Source: a bacterium (GTDB taxonomy: Bacteria > Patescibacteriota > Saccharimonadia > Saccharimonadales > UBA4665). Taken from it: 64,000 nucleotides of DNA. The DNA lies in the NCBI GenBank assembly GCA_021846445.1, contig JAJZWY010000001.1, positions 23,379 to 87,378 on the forward strand. The letters are read 5' to 3'. Below are positions 27,438 to 36,787 of the stretch, piece after piece. The notes beneath the pieces are model-generated. The model saw only the letters and a program-made list of their open reading frames with translations. It was not told where the DNA came from and made no database searches. The position numbers were made by a program, and so were the translations under genes. Positions within the stretch are counted from its first letter, which is position 1; the number at the start of each line of letters is the position of its first letter.

Positions 27438-27586
27438 TTAGTTATATTATACAACAAAATCTTAAAAAGCAAAAGTTTATGTATTTATACCGTTATTTTA
27501 GCACAAAAATGACTAAAATACACAAAAACTGTCATAAAGAATTGTAACCTCCTACCCTTTAAAATTTAGCAATTTTGTTAAATAGC

Positions 27587-29875
27587 TTACTTTTTATGTT
27601 TTCTCTTTTTGAATTTTGGTTTAGATACACTATTTTTTAATATTTCTTGGGCCTGTTTTTTGGTAATAGTTTTTGGGTTAATATCCTTAGGCAGTTTCGA
27701 GTTCTTTTTCCCATTTGTTAAGTATGGTCCATAAGGACCATTGATTATTTTTAGTTTATCGTCGAATTCTTTAATTATTTTCTTTTTCAGGTTTTCAAGA
27801 TGTTCATTATATATTTCTAGAGCTGTTGGCAAGTCAATAGTTTTAGGGTCGTGGTTTTTAATGGAAATAAACATTTTATCTATTTGAATATATGGACCAA
27901 ATTTACCAATGTTTGCATTTATTTCTTTATTGTCTTTTGTTTTACCAACGACTCGAGGTAACTTAAATGCTTCTAGGGCTTGATCTAGAGTGACATTCTC
28001 GAGTGTTACACCCTCTGGAAGAGGGGCAAATTGTGGCTTTATCGATTTTTCGTTGTCTCCATCTCCTTTTTGGAGCATAGGACCATATCTCCCTAATCTA
28101 GAGTAAATTGGTTCGTTCGTGTAGGGGTCGTTACCAATTAATCTCATTTTTGAGATATCTTTTTTGGGTATATTTTCTATTTTATCTATTTGTGGTTTTA
28201 ATTCTTCATAAAAAGATTTTATGATCTTTTGCCATTCTATTTTGCCATTAGCTATTTTATCAAAATCTTTCTCAACCTTTGCGGTAAATTTGTAATCTAC
28301 GATTTCTGGAAAATAATCTACTAAAAAGTCTATGGTCAATTCAGCTATTGGATTAGGGCATAATTTATTTTTATCTGCTCCAATTACAATATCTTGATCT
28401 GATTCGATAATTTGATTATCTTTTAATGTTATTATTTTTGAAATTTGGTTGATGCCGTCTATATCCTTTTTTTGAACGTATCCTCTATTTTGAATAACCG
28501 AAATGGTCGGTGCATATGTACTCGGTCTGCCAATGCCTAATTCTTCTAATTTTCTAACAAGGCTTGCTTCATTATATCGAGGCTTTAGTTTAGAAAAATT
28601 TTCATTTGTCGTAATGATTAATGGTTTAATATTCTGATTTAGTTCTAAATTTGGAAGAATTTTATCTTCGTGAGGATTCTCGTAGATTTTTAAAAATCCA
28701 TCAAACTTTAATGTTTCTCCTTCAGCTACAAAAAGATCATTTTTATTAGATATCTTTATGTCAATTTTCTTTTTGGAACTTTCGGCTTTAGACATTTGAG
28801 ACGCTATTAGCCTGTTTCTAATTAATTTATAAAGTTTATTGAGTGATTGATCGGGGGTCTCTTCAAGATTTAGATTAGTTGGTCGTATTGCCTCATGAGC
28901 TTCTTGAGCATTTGTGCTTTTAGTTTTATATTCCCTAATGTTTAGATAATTTTGTCCAAAGTTCTGAATTATATATTGTTTTGTATCTTTTATTGCTTCT
29001 TTTGAAAGATTAGTACTGTCAGTCCTCATATAGGTAATGTACCCATTTTCATATAATTTTTGGGCAATATTCATGGTGTATTTTACCGAATATCCCATTT
29101 TTTGTGATGCTACCTGTTGAAGTGTACTGGTCGTAAAAGGTGCGCTTGGGTTTTTAAATGATGGTTTGGAAGAAATATTCTGAATACTAAAAGTAGCGTT
29201 TTTTAGATCACTAAGATAGTTTTTTGCTTCTTGGTAATTTTTTATTTTTTTGTTTAATTCAGCCCTGAAGGCTACATTATTAACCTTAAATTCTGCGACG
29301 ATTTTATAGGTTGAGCTTCTTTGAGAATTATTGATCTCCCTTTCTCTATCAACAATTAATCTAACGGCTACTGATTGTACCCTACCAGCGCTTAATCCTG
29401 GTCTAATTTTTTTCCAGAGTACAGGACTTAATTGGTAACCAACTATGCGATCTAGTACTCTTCTGGCTTGTTGAGCATTTACTAAATTTAGGTCTATATT
29501 TCTAGGATTTAAAAGTGCATTTTGGATTGCTCCTTTGGTTATTTCGTGAAACACTATTCTATTTTTAAGTTTAGTGTCTATTCCAAGAATTGTAGTTAGG
29601 TGCCAGGCAATAGCTTCCCCTTCCCTATCTTCATCGCTTGCTAACCAAACTTTTTTACCCTTCGATTCTTTCTTTAATTTTGATACTATTTTTTTCTTAT
29701 CTTCTGGAACTTGATAAAGTGGTTTAAAATTATTTTCTATTTCTATATTTAGCTTGTTTTTAGGTAGGTCTCTAATATGTCCATAGCTACTTAAAACTTG
29801 ATATTTTGGACCTAAGAATTGGGAAATGGTTTTTGCTTTTGTAGGGCTTTCAACTATTACTAAATTATCTGCCAT
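27587..29875 (-). CDS. topA: DNA topoisomerase I
   Basis: Toprim LVIVESPTKAKTI and SDEDREGEAI; active-site Tyr context GYITYMRTDS. The Lys-rich C-terminal tail has no obvious Zn-ribbon cysteines. Confidence 0.95.
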   Translation of the reverse strand: MADNLVIVESPTKAKTISQFLGPKYQVLSSYGHIRDLPKNKLNIEIENNFKPLYQVPEDKKKIVSKLKKESKGKKVWLASDEDREGEAIAWHLTTILGIDTKLKNRIVFHEITKGAIQNALLNPRNIDLNLVNAQQARRVLDRIVGYQLSPVLWKKIRPGLSAGRVQSVAVRLIVDREREINNSQRSSTYKIVAEFKVNNVAFRAELNKKIKNYQEAKNYLSDLKNATFSIQNISSKPSFKNPSAPFTTSTLQQVASQKMGYSVKYTMNIAQKLYENGYITYMRTDSTNLSKEAIKDTKQYIIQNFGQNYLNIREYKTKSTNAQEAHEAIRPTNLNLEETPDQSLNKLYKLIRNRLIASQMSKAESSKKKIDIKISNKNDLFVAEGETLKFDGFLKIYENPHEDKILPNLELNQNIKPLIITTNENFSKLKPRYNEASLVRKLEELGIGRPSTYAPTISVIQNRGYVQKKDIDGINQISKIITLKDNQIIESDQDIVIGADKNKLCPNPIAELTIDFLVDYFPEIVDYKFTAKVEKDFDKIANGKIEWQKIIKSFYEELKPQIDKIENIPKKDISKMRLIGNDPYTNEPIYSRLGRYGPMLQKGDGDNEKSIKPQFAPLPEGVTLENVTLDQALEAFKLPRVVGKTKDNKEINANIGKFGPYIQIDKMFISIKNHDPKTIDLPTALEIYNEHLENLKKKIIKEFDDKLKIINGPYGPYLTNGKKNSKLPKDINPKTITKKQAQEILKNSVSKPKFKKRKHKK

Positions 29876-29934
29876 AGTTATATACTTAATAGCATTTTAG
29901 TATTTATTGCAATAAAAAACTAAAGTAATAATTA

Positions 29935-30108
29935 TCAGAAGTAATATTTATTAATTTTATATCCTATTATGATCCCAAGTATAGATCCTATAGTACTAAG
30001 TAATAAACTCCATCCCCCCAGCCAATTGCCCTTGTCAAATAAAACTGCACCTAGCCATTCAAATAACGTTCCAAAAGCCAAAAAACTTATTGTGTATATT
30101 ATTCTCAT
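29935..30108 (-). CDS. Unlisted small ORF: 57-aa two-TM membrane peptide
   Basis: My own translation: MRIIYTISFLAFGTLFEWLGAVLFDKGNWLGGWSLLLSTIGSILGIIIGYKINKYYF-stop. It falls below the 60-aa cutoff of the ORF track. Confidence 0.35.
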   Translation of the reverse strand: MRIIYTISFLAFGTLFEWLGAVLFDKGNWLGGWSLLLSTIGSILGIIIGYKINKYYF

Positions 30109-30320
30109 AAGTTAATTTTAACAAAAAGTCTAGAGATGTTCTATAAATAAAATATTCTTTGGGTTCAAATCTGTCATTAAAGTGACGACTTTTGTGTAAT
30201 AACATTTTGATGCCCCTGACGAGCTTATCTTAGATAACAATTGAGATTTTTTCTATATAACCTATGATTTAAGATCAATACGTTAAAAGTACCCTATAAT
30301 TAATTTTTATTAAAATAGTA

Positions 30321-30349
30321 TTGACAATAGCACAAAGACTTGGTACAAT
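30321..30349 (+). promoter_or_regulatory. Near-consensus promoter with extended -10
   Basis: TTGACA (30321-30326), a 17-nt spacer, then TACAAT (30344-30349) preceded by TG at 30341-30342. Confidence 0.6.
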
Positions 30350-30355
30350 AGCAGT

Positions 30356-30719
30356 TTGTTAGTTTATTTGGAATAAACTACAAGTACCTTACATTTCTAA
30401 CAAATTGTTAGATTGCTTTGGAGCGTCACACAAGTTTTTGTGTAAAGTTGTTACCCTCCACTTTTATCTTTTTGCCTTAAATTTATGGCAGATAGCGTTC
30501 TAAAGCAAACTAATCTCTTTAACTACAAACTAGAAGTTTTTAGTTCCCCAATTCAAAGTGATCCTAAAAGGTAGATTTTTTTAATCTGACGCGAGTATTA
30601 TTTCAATTATAATTTTTAATTCGTTGTTTCACTGGGGTGGGTTGAAGAGTTGTGGGGACAACTTAGGTTGTCCTCTAAAAGAGACTTCGGCGGTGCCCAC
30701 CCCCTCCGAAGTCTCTTTT
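30356..30719 (+). ncRNA. Candidate structured small RNA of unknown class
   Basis: It runs from the promoter above to the terminator at 30677-30719. No plus-strand ORF exceeds 29 codons. Perfect hairpins lie at 30360-30380 (9 bp), 30396-30412 (7 bp), 30428-30443 (6 bp) and 30654-30675. GGGGTGGG (30634-30641) is complementary to CCCACCCC in the terminator loop (30696-30703). Confidence 0.3.
30677..30719. terminator. Bidirectional intrinsic terminator (14-bp stem)
   Basis: AAAAGAGACTTCGG, a 15-nt loop, then CCGAAGTCTCTTTT. A/T runs flank both sides. It sits directly after the pth stop (minus strand) and at the end of the plus-strand candidate RNA. Confidence 0.8.
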
Positions 30720-30722
30720 AGT

Positions 30723-31373
30723 TTAAATTATGAAATTTCTAGTCTCAGTTATTATTGAACCGCTTCCAAAAATATATTCTGAAACAATCGAAGATACTTC
30801 TTTTTTTAAATTTGGAATAAGTTTTATTTCGCTTTTATTAAAATTAGATAAAACAAAGGTAGCAGTATCTGTTTTATCTGATAACTCATTCCAGATTCCA
30901 ATCCTTATTCTATTATATTGATTAGTTTTTAAGTTTTCTGTAATAGATTTTAGGCCATTATGACCAGCATCTCCACCCCCAAATTGAGTTTTGATTTTTC
31001 CAAAAGGTAAATCTAATTCATCATGTATTATTAATATATTTTCAGGAATAATTTTGTAATAATTACTGACTTGTCTAACTGCTAAGCCACTATTATTCAT
31101 CATAGTGGTTGGTTTTAATAAAATACATTTTGTATTATTAATGGTTCCAGAGGTAATAAGCCCGTTTAGGTCTTTCTTATTGATCCAATTTTGGTTAATT
31201 TCTTCATAATCGAGTACAAAATTATCTAAACACAAAAACCCAATATTATGTCTGTTGTTTTTATAGTCATCCCCATCATTTCCTAACCCAACGATTAGCT
31301 TTGTTGTTTCATTTTTTAGATTAAAGAATAAAGTGGGACTAGATACTTGGGGTCTTTTTTGTAGCCAACTCAT
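30723..31373 (-). CDS. pth: Peptidyl-tRNA hydrolase
   Basis: LIVGLGNDGDDYKNNRHNIGF, IIHDELDLPFGKIK and GGDAGHNGLKS. Confidence 0.9.
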   Translation of the reverse strand: MSWLQKRPQVSSPTLFFNLKNETTKLIVGLGNDGDDYKNNRHNIGFLCLDNFVLDYEEINQNWINKKDLNGLITSGTINNTKCILLKPTTMMNNSGLAVRQVSNYYKIIPENILIIHDELDLPFGKIKTQFGGGDAGHNGLKSITENLKTNQYNRIRIGIWNELSDKTDTATFVLSNFNKSEIKLIPNLKKEVSSIVSEYIFGSGSIITETRNFII

Positions 31374-31408
31374 TCTATTTATTATACTGCAACTATTATA
31401 TTTTTAGG

Positions 31409-32773
31409 TTAAGTATTATTTATTCGTTGTCTGTATTTATGTGCTTCGTGCTTTTCTATAAACCAAAGTTCTATGGGATTACCGTCAAATCCAAATTCCA
31501 TCCTTAGTTTATTTTCTAAATATCTTTTATAACTCCAATGGATATATTTCGTATTTGAACCAAAAATTTTAAAAGCTGGCCTATCATTATCTGTTTCTTG
31601 AACCATATAATTTAGTTTAGGTGTTCTGTTTTTTAAGCCAGCTGGGGCGTGCCTTGCGGTAGCTGTACTCAACCAATCATTTAATTTTCTGGTTAATATT
31701 TTTTTGTGTCTTTGTTCGTATACCTCCAAAACAACTTCGAAAATTTTAGTAACATTTTGTCCTGTTACCGAACTACTAAAAATTAATGGTGCATAAGGAA
31801 CAAAATCGAAGTTATGCTTTATAATTTTTGCTAGCTTGTCTCTCAGGAAAGGATCTTTATCGACAGCTGCATCCCATTTACTAACGATTATTATAATTCC
31901 TCTGCCACTATCTTTAATAAGACCGGCTATTTTTTGGTCAAGCTGAACATCAATTTCATTAACATCTAAAAGTAAAAGACATATAGCTGATTCGTTTATG
32001 GCAGTTAAGGTTCTAAGAACACTAAATTTTTCAATTCCGACTTCAATTTTTCCAGGCCTTCGAATTCCGGCTGTATCTAAAATTTGGATCGTTTTTCCGT
32101 TGAATTTTATTTCATTTCTGTTTATATCTCGAGTTGTACCAGCGCGAGCTGAGACAATAGCTTGTTGCTTTTTGAGTAAACTATTGAATAAATGAGATTT
32201 CCCAACATTGGGTCTCCCTATCAGGCTAATTGTAATTTTATCTTTAGTTTCTTTTTTGGGATGAATTATGGGGATATTCTCAGCTATTGAGTCTAAAAGA
32301 TCTTTAATTCCTCTTTTTTGGGTTGTTGAGGTTAGAAAAGAATGTTTAATACCAGAGTGATTAAAATGATCGATTTGCCAACTATCCTTAATTTTATCAA
32401 TTTTGTTAATTACTAAAAAAGTTGGTTTTTTGCTTTTTAAAAGATTTTTAGATAACCTTCGATCTTCATTATTGAAAGGTACGTCTGCTTCAACCACAAA
32501 AAGAATTAAATCGGCATTTTCAACGGCTTGCAATATTTGATCTTGAATACTAAATTCAAAATCGTCCTCAGGAGTTTTTATGCCTGCTGTATCAACGATC
32601 CAGAATTCACTATTATTCCAGGTTAATTTAGACATTAGACTATCCCTAGTGGTGCCTTCTTCTTTTGCAGTGATGGCAGACTTTTTTGCTAAAAATGTGT
32701 TATATAAACTAGATTTTCCGACATTTGTTCTGCCTACAATTGCAACTACTGGTGTTCGTTTAGTTTTATTCAT
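31409..32773 (-). CDS. der: Ribosome-biogenesis GTPase Der (EngA)
   Basis: Two tandem G domains (GRTNVGKSS/DTAG/NKID and GRPNVGKSH/DTAG/SKWD) plus a KH-like C-terminus. Confidence 0.93.
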   Translation of the reverse strand: MNKTKRTPVVAIVGRTNVGKSSLYNTFLAKKSAITAKEEGTTRDSLMSKLTWNNSEFWIVDTAGIKTPEDDFEFSIQDQILQAVENADLILFVVEADVPFNNEDRRLSKNLLKSKKPTFLVINKIDKIKDSWQIDHFNHSGIKHSFLTSTTQKRGIKDLLDSIAENIPIIHPKKETKDKITISLIGRPNVGKSHLFNSLLKKQQAIVSARAGTTRDINRNEIKFNGKTIQILDTAGIRRPGKIEVGIEKFSVLRTLTAINESAICLLLLDVNEIDVQLDQKIAGLIKDSGRGIIIIVSKWDAAVDKDPFLRDKLAKIIKHNFDFVPYAPLIFSSSVTGQNVTKIFEVVLEVYEQRHKKILTRKLNDWLSTATARHAPAGLKNRTPKLNYMVQETDNDRPAFKIFGSNTKYIHWSYKRYLENKLRMEFGFDGNPIELWFIEKHEAHKYRQRINNT

Positions 32774-33429
32774 AAAATAATTTCTTTGTATTCTCCCGGT
32801 TTTAACTCTCCGATCTGGAATTTACCAAATGCTATGCGCTGTAAATTTGTAACCTTGTAATCTAGAACGGATAAAGTACGCCTGATCTGGCGATTTCGTC
32901 CTTCGTGAATAATTATTTTATAATTAAATCCAGAATTAAGATAGTTTATTTTTAGTTTACTAATTCCATCTTCGAGAAGTATGCCCTTATTGAGTTTATC
33001 CAAATCGGTGGAACTAATTAATTTATTAGTTGAAACTAAATAGCTTTTTTGTTTGGTTTTACTGGGGTGTGCTAAATTATTTGCCAGTATACCATCATTT
33101 GTTAATAGTAATAACCCAGATGAATCTTTATCTAATCGTCCTATTGGTTTTAGCTTAAAGAACTTTTTATCCAGAATGTCATAAATCGTCTTCTGTCCCT
33201 GTCCTTTTCTACTTACGATATACCCCTTAGGTTTATTAAAAAGGAGTAACTTATATTCAGTTGGCAATTTAATAAGCTTATTATTTATCTTTATTTGGTC
33301 TTTATTTGAGACAATTTGTCCTAATTTTGGGATTATTCCGTTAACGGTAACAGAATTTGACAGCAATAAATTATCTGCCTTTCGTCTACTTATTCCGGTT
33401 GATATCGATATATATCGATTAATACGCAT
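32770..33429 (-). CDS. RsuA/RluB-family pseudouridine synthase with S4 domain
   Basis: N-terminal S4 (RINRYISISTGISRRKAD), catalytic GRLDKDSSGLLLLTNDG, and HEGRNRQIRR. Confidence 0.85.
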   Translation of the reverse strand: MRINRYISISTGISRRKADNLLLSNSVTVNGIIPKLGQIVSNKDQIKINNKLIKLPTEYKLLLFNKPKGYIVSRKGQGQKTIYDILDKKFFKLKPIGRLDKDSSGLLLLTNDGILANNLAHPSKTKQKSYLVSTNKLISSTDLDKLNKGILLEDGISKLKINYLNSGFNYKIIIHEGRNRQIRRTLSVLDYKVTNLQRIAFGKFQIGELKPGEYKEIIL

Positions 33430-33437
33430 TATCTAAA

Positions 33438-34745
33438 CTAAATAGTAAAGTTTTGGGTTGGATTATCTTCTTGAGATAAATTAGAATCATTTTGTTCGGG
33501 AGCTTGATCTATTGGATTCTGATTAGCTTCAGCGGAAGAAGTTGTTTCTTCTTGACTTTGTGGGGTGGCCAAAGTAGTTGGATTTAGGGGGTTATCTTGT
33601 TCCGAGACAAGATTATTTTCTAGCTCAGTTACTTCTTCATTATTTTTAGTTATTTGATCATTTTCTTGAACAGTTGAATATGGATTTTGTTGATCTTCGG
33701 TAGGATTCTGGTCGACCGAAGTAGATGATTGATAGTTGTCGGTATCAATGTCTTTAGCTTGTTCAAAATTATCTATTTTTTCTTCTATTTCAGTTCGTTC
33801 CTGAGACTCGGTCTCGGGAGTAGGAGTCAAATTTAAATTTTCACTATCGTCGTTGATTACAGAATTTTGCTCTGTTGGAGGAACATTTGGTATTAGGTTA
33901 TCATCTTGCTTTGCTACATCAATATTTTGTGTTTGATAAGCTTCTGTTTCCTGATTATTAAAATTAAAATCTGTAGATTCACTAGATGCTTTTATTGGAG
34001 CTGTGTCGGTCTGAAGCTCATTAATAGCACTATCCATAACTTGATCATTATGTTCTTGATTATCAGTTGATTCGTCTTGATAATTATTTTGATCAATTTG
34101 TTGCGCTAAAGAGCTAGATGTTGCTTGAGTGTCTGTAGTTTCTGGAACTTGGCCAAGAGTATTGCTTGTTATGTTAGATTCGGCATTTTCCATACCTTCG
34201 GATGGAACCGTTGTTTCGATATCAGGGCTTTCGTTACCTTCAGATGGAACCACTGTTTCGATATCAGGGCTTTCGTTACCTTCGGATGGAACCGTTGTTT
34301 TGGCTGAATCATTTTGTTGATTTAAGGACTGACTATAATCAGTTGTTTGAATAGTTTGGTTATCGATCTTGGCATTATTTTGAGAAAGCAATTCATTGGC
34401 TGCCTTAACGATATCCTCTAAAGTTACTTGGGATTTTACGAGATATCTGTCGGCACCTAAATTTTCGGCACGTTTTTGATCCTCGTTTTGACCTAGAGCC
34501 GTTAACATAATAACCTTAACATCTTTGAGACCTTCAGTATTCTTGATAATATCAAGCATTTCAAATCCACTTATTCTTGGCATCATTACGTCTGAAATTA
34601 TCAAATCTGGCAGTTGAGCTTTAGCAACTACCAATGCTTCCTCTCCATCGTGAGCAGAATAGACTTCGTACCCTTCAGCCTGCATTCTGGCCTCGTATAT
34701 TTCTCTTAAGTTATTGTCATCTTCTACTAAAAGTACTTTGGTCAT
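33438..34745 (-). CDS. Receiver domain fused to a ~300-aa acidic, Q/N/T/E-rich low-complexity tail
   Basis: The REC domain (VLLVEDDNN, PDLIISDVMMP, VIMLTALG, YLVKSQ) closely resembles the 3138 protein. The rest has no globular motif and contains TVPSEGNESPDIET repeats. Confidence 0.8.
   Translation of the reverse strand: MTKVLLVEDDNNLREIYEARMQAEGYEVYSAHDGEEALVVAKAQLPDLIISDVMMPRISGFEMLDIIKNTEGLKDVKVIMLTALGQNEDQKRAENLGADRYLVKSQVTLEDIVKAANELLSQNNAKIDNQTIQTTDYSQSLNQQNDSAKTTVPSEGNESPDIETVVPSEGNESPDIETTVPSEGMENAESNITSNTLGQVPETTDTQATSSSLAQQIDQNNYQDESTDNQEHNDQVMDSAINELQTDTAPIKASSESTDFNFNNQETEAYQTQNIDVAKQDDNLIPNVPPTEQNSVINDDSENLNLTPTPETESQERTEIEEKIDNFEQAKDIDTDNYQSSTSVDQNPTEDQQNPYSTVQENDQITKNNEEVTELENNLVSEQDNPLNPTTLATPQSQEETTSSAEANQNPIDQAPEQNDSNLSQEDNPTQNFTI
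34195..34301 (-). repeat. 42-bp tandem coding repeat, about 2.5 copies
   Basis: Plus-strand units lie at 34195-34236, 34237-34278 and 34279-34301 (ccttcggatggaaccgttgtttcgatatcagggctttcgtta and variants). They encode (T/V)VPSEGNESPDIET. Confidence 0.9.
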
Positions 34746-34800
34746 ATTTTCTTCTCTTCAGTTTATAACTATTATGCTTATTCTAGTACATATTCTTAAA

Positions 34801-36129
34801 TTATCCAACACCATTATTTAAATCTGTTATTTTGTGGTTCAATTCTTCAACCTGACTGTCGTTTAATTTCGGTAAATTGATATAAAAAGTACTTCCTTTT
34901 TTTAATTCGCTTTCAACCCATATTTTACCGTTATAAAGTTCAAGTATCTTTTTGGCAATAAATAGTCCTAGCCCTGTTCCTCCAATGGTTCTAGTTGCAG
35001 TGTTATCTATCCTATAAAATTTTTGAAATAGATGATTTATGTCCTCACTAGGTATTCCAATGCCTGTATCTCTGACAAAAATTTGAACAATGTTTTGATC
35101 TGCAGTAATCCCAATAGTTATTCCTCCTTCGGGAGTGAACTTGACGGCATTATCAAAAAGATTTGTAATAACTTCTCTCAACCTATCTGGATCGGCATAA
35201 ACATAATAAAATGGTAAAATATTTTTCTCATTAACTATTTCATTTTTTATTTTTTCTTCTGATCCTATAACTAATTCAATCTTTAATCCTTTTTTCTGAG
35301 CACTAAACTTGAGGTCCTCGGTTAATTGTTTTAAAAAGGAGCCCATTTCAATGACTTGTGGATGATTAGTTAATCTCCCGTCCTCAGCTTTGGCACTTGT
35401 TAGGAGGTCTTGGAAGAGTTGTCCAAGATGAGACGTTGCCATATATGCTTTCTGAAGATAATCCCTGACATTATTGTCTATGTTTGATATTTTGGTATTC
35501 ATTGCTAATGATAAGTACCCTTCTATTGCCGCTACCGGAGTTCTCATTTCGTGCGATGCTGTACTTATAAAATCTACTAATTGTTCTTCTTCTTTTTTTT
35601 CTTCATCAATATCTCTAAGTAAAATTATTGCTGATGTCACCTGATCGTTTTGTTTAATTGGAAAAGCGTTTATAGACACAGATATGGTTGAAGTATCCTT
35701 GTTAACAATCTGGAGATTTGTATTTCGAACATTTTGTTTGGTGTTAAAGACTTTTATAAATGGATTATCTTGATCAGACACAGGCTTATTTTTATCGTCA
35801 AGTAATTTGATCATCAATTTTATGTTCATTTTAAGAACGTCGTTTAGTTGCCAGCCAGTGATACTTTCGGCAGCTGGGTTAAATAAACTAATATTTAGAT
35901 TTTTATCAATAACAATAATTCCTTCATTAATAGACTTGAATATAAAGCTGTAATCTTGTTCAGAAATTTGCGAAGGATTTAAACTATTCTGATTTGATTT
36001 CTTTTTGAATCTGATATAAAAAAATAGAAGAAGTAATTCTATTATTACAAAAACTATGCCCAGGAGATAAATATATATGTAGTGCATATGCTTAGATAAT
36101 ATTATCTGATTTAAAATAAATGAATGCAA
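34801..36129 (-). CDS. Sensor histidine kinase (TM, PAS-like, HisKA, HATPase_c)
   Basis: H-box STASHEMRTPV, N-box NLFDNAVKFT, G1 RDTGIGI and G2 GGTGLGLFIA. A PAS-like NEGIIVID...ITGW region is present. ATG 36087 (MHYIYIY) is a possible alternative start. Confidence 0.85.
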   Translation of the reverse strand: MHSFILNQIILSKHMHYIYIYLLGIVFVIIELLLLFFYIRFKKKSNQNSLNPSQISEQDYSFIFKSINEGIIVIDKNLNISLFNPAAESITGWQLNDVLKMNIKLMIKLLDDKNKPVSDQDNPFIKVFNTKQNVRNTNLQIVNKDTSTISVSINAFPIKQNDQVTSAIILLRDIDEEKKEEEQLVDFISTASHEMRTPVAAIEGYLSLAMNTKISNIDNNVRDYLQKAYMATSHLGQLFQDLLTSAKAEDGRLTNHPQVIEMGSFLKQLTEDLKFSAQKKGLKIELVIGSEEKIKNEIVNEKNILPFYYVYADPDRLREVITNLFDNAVKFTPEGGITIGITADQNIVQIFVRDTGIGIPSEDINHLFQKFYRIDNTATRTIGGTGLGLFIAKKILELYNGKIWVESELKKGSTFYINLPKLNDSQVEELNHKITDLNNGVG

Positions 36130-36179
36130 ACATTATTTTTTTTAATTTAATACCTAAAAAGGTATAATTTCTTAGATAA

Positions 36180-36256
36180 GGCCTCTTCGTCTAGTGGTTT
36201 AGGACATCTGGTTCTCATCCAGAAAATCGCGGGTTCGAATCCCGCAGAGGTCACCA
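36180..36256 (+). tRNA. tRNA-Glu (anticodon CUC), CCA encoded
   Basis: Hand-folded cloverleaf: acceptor GGCCTCT/AGAGGTC, anticodon stem TCTGG/CCAGA with loop TTCTCAT, T-arm GCGGG-TTCGAAT-CCCGC. A TATAAT at 36163-36168 lies upstream. Confidence 0.9.
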
Positions 36257-36499
36257 CGAGAGAATTTTTTACTGGATTTACTTATTTTCATGAATTTCTT
36301 ATCTATAAACCTTAGAATTATGATGGTTCTAAAAGTAGTATCATTGTTTATCTAGCTTAACAGAGTATGTGAGGAGCTATTTAGTAGACAACATTTGTTA
36401 ACTTGACTTCTAAATCTCTTTACCCGCAGAGTTGCCTTATGGGTATAAAACTCAAGAACTATTGACTAAGGATTACGTTTGATGCACAATGTAATCATC

Positions 36500-36781
36500 A
36501 TGAGTAATAGCTTATTGAGTATAAGAACTGACGAGGAAACAAAAAAAGAAATAACAAAGTTTGCTAATTCTGTTGGTTTGACTGTAAGTGCTTTTGTAAC
36601 TGTCGTATTAAAGCAAGCCGTTAAAGAAGGTCGTATAGTGCTGACACCTGCCTTAGAGCCTACGCCCTACTTGCAAAGAGTCATAAAAAAAGCAGAAGCA
36701 GATCTTAAAGCCGGTTTAGCTACGCCTCCTTTAAATAAGTCAGAGGCTAGAGAACATCTTCATTCGCTAATGAAACAATAG
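36500..36781 (+). CDS. RelB/DinJ-family (ribbon-helix-helix) antitoxin
   Basis: MSNSLLSIRTDEETKKEITKFANSVGLTVSAFVTVVLKQAV is the typical DinJ/RelB N-terminal RHH. It ends 6 nt upstream of the toxin gene. The ORF opens at TTG 36479, but ATG 36500 is preferred. Confidence 0.65.
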   Translation: MSNSLLSIRTDEETKKEITKFANSVGLTVSAFVTVVLKQAVKEGRIVLTPALEPTPYLQRVIKKAEADLKAGLATPPLNKSEAREHLHSLMKQ

Positions 36782-36787
36782 ATCGTT

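Noticed and set aside
30161-30171. T-loop-like GGGTTCAAATC suggesting a tRNA
   Set aside because: The flanking bases do not form a T-stem (ttggg versus ctgtc), and no acceptor or anticodon arms can be folded.
30350-30720. tmRNA, RNase P RNA, SRP RNA or 6S RNA in the topA-pth gap
   Set aside because: I found no tRNA-like acceptor/T-arm or Ala-rich tag frame (the only frame ends ...DPKR). There is no GAGGAAAGUCC-type RNase P core and no SRP GGAA/AGCA domain-IV motif. It is therefore reported as unclassified.
34125-34320. Two plus-strand ORFs (60 and 63 aa) with internal repeats
   Set aside because: They are antisense to the 42-bp coding repeat of the receiver-tail gene. The repeat periodicity creates open frames artefactually.
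36423-36431. CCCGCAGAG copy of the tRNA-Glu 3' region, and GTCACCA at 37602-37608, as att sites for the TA/NUDIX islet
   Set aside because: Matches of 9 and 7 nt are within chance expectation for a 64-kb AT-rich window, so they are mentioned only as weak context.
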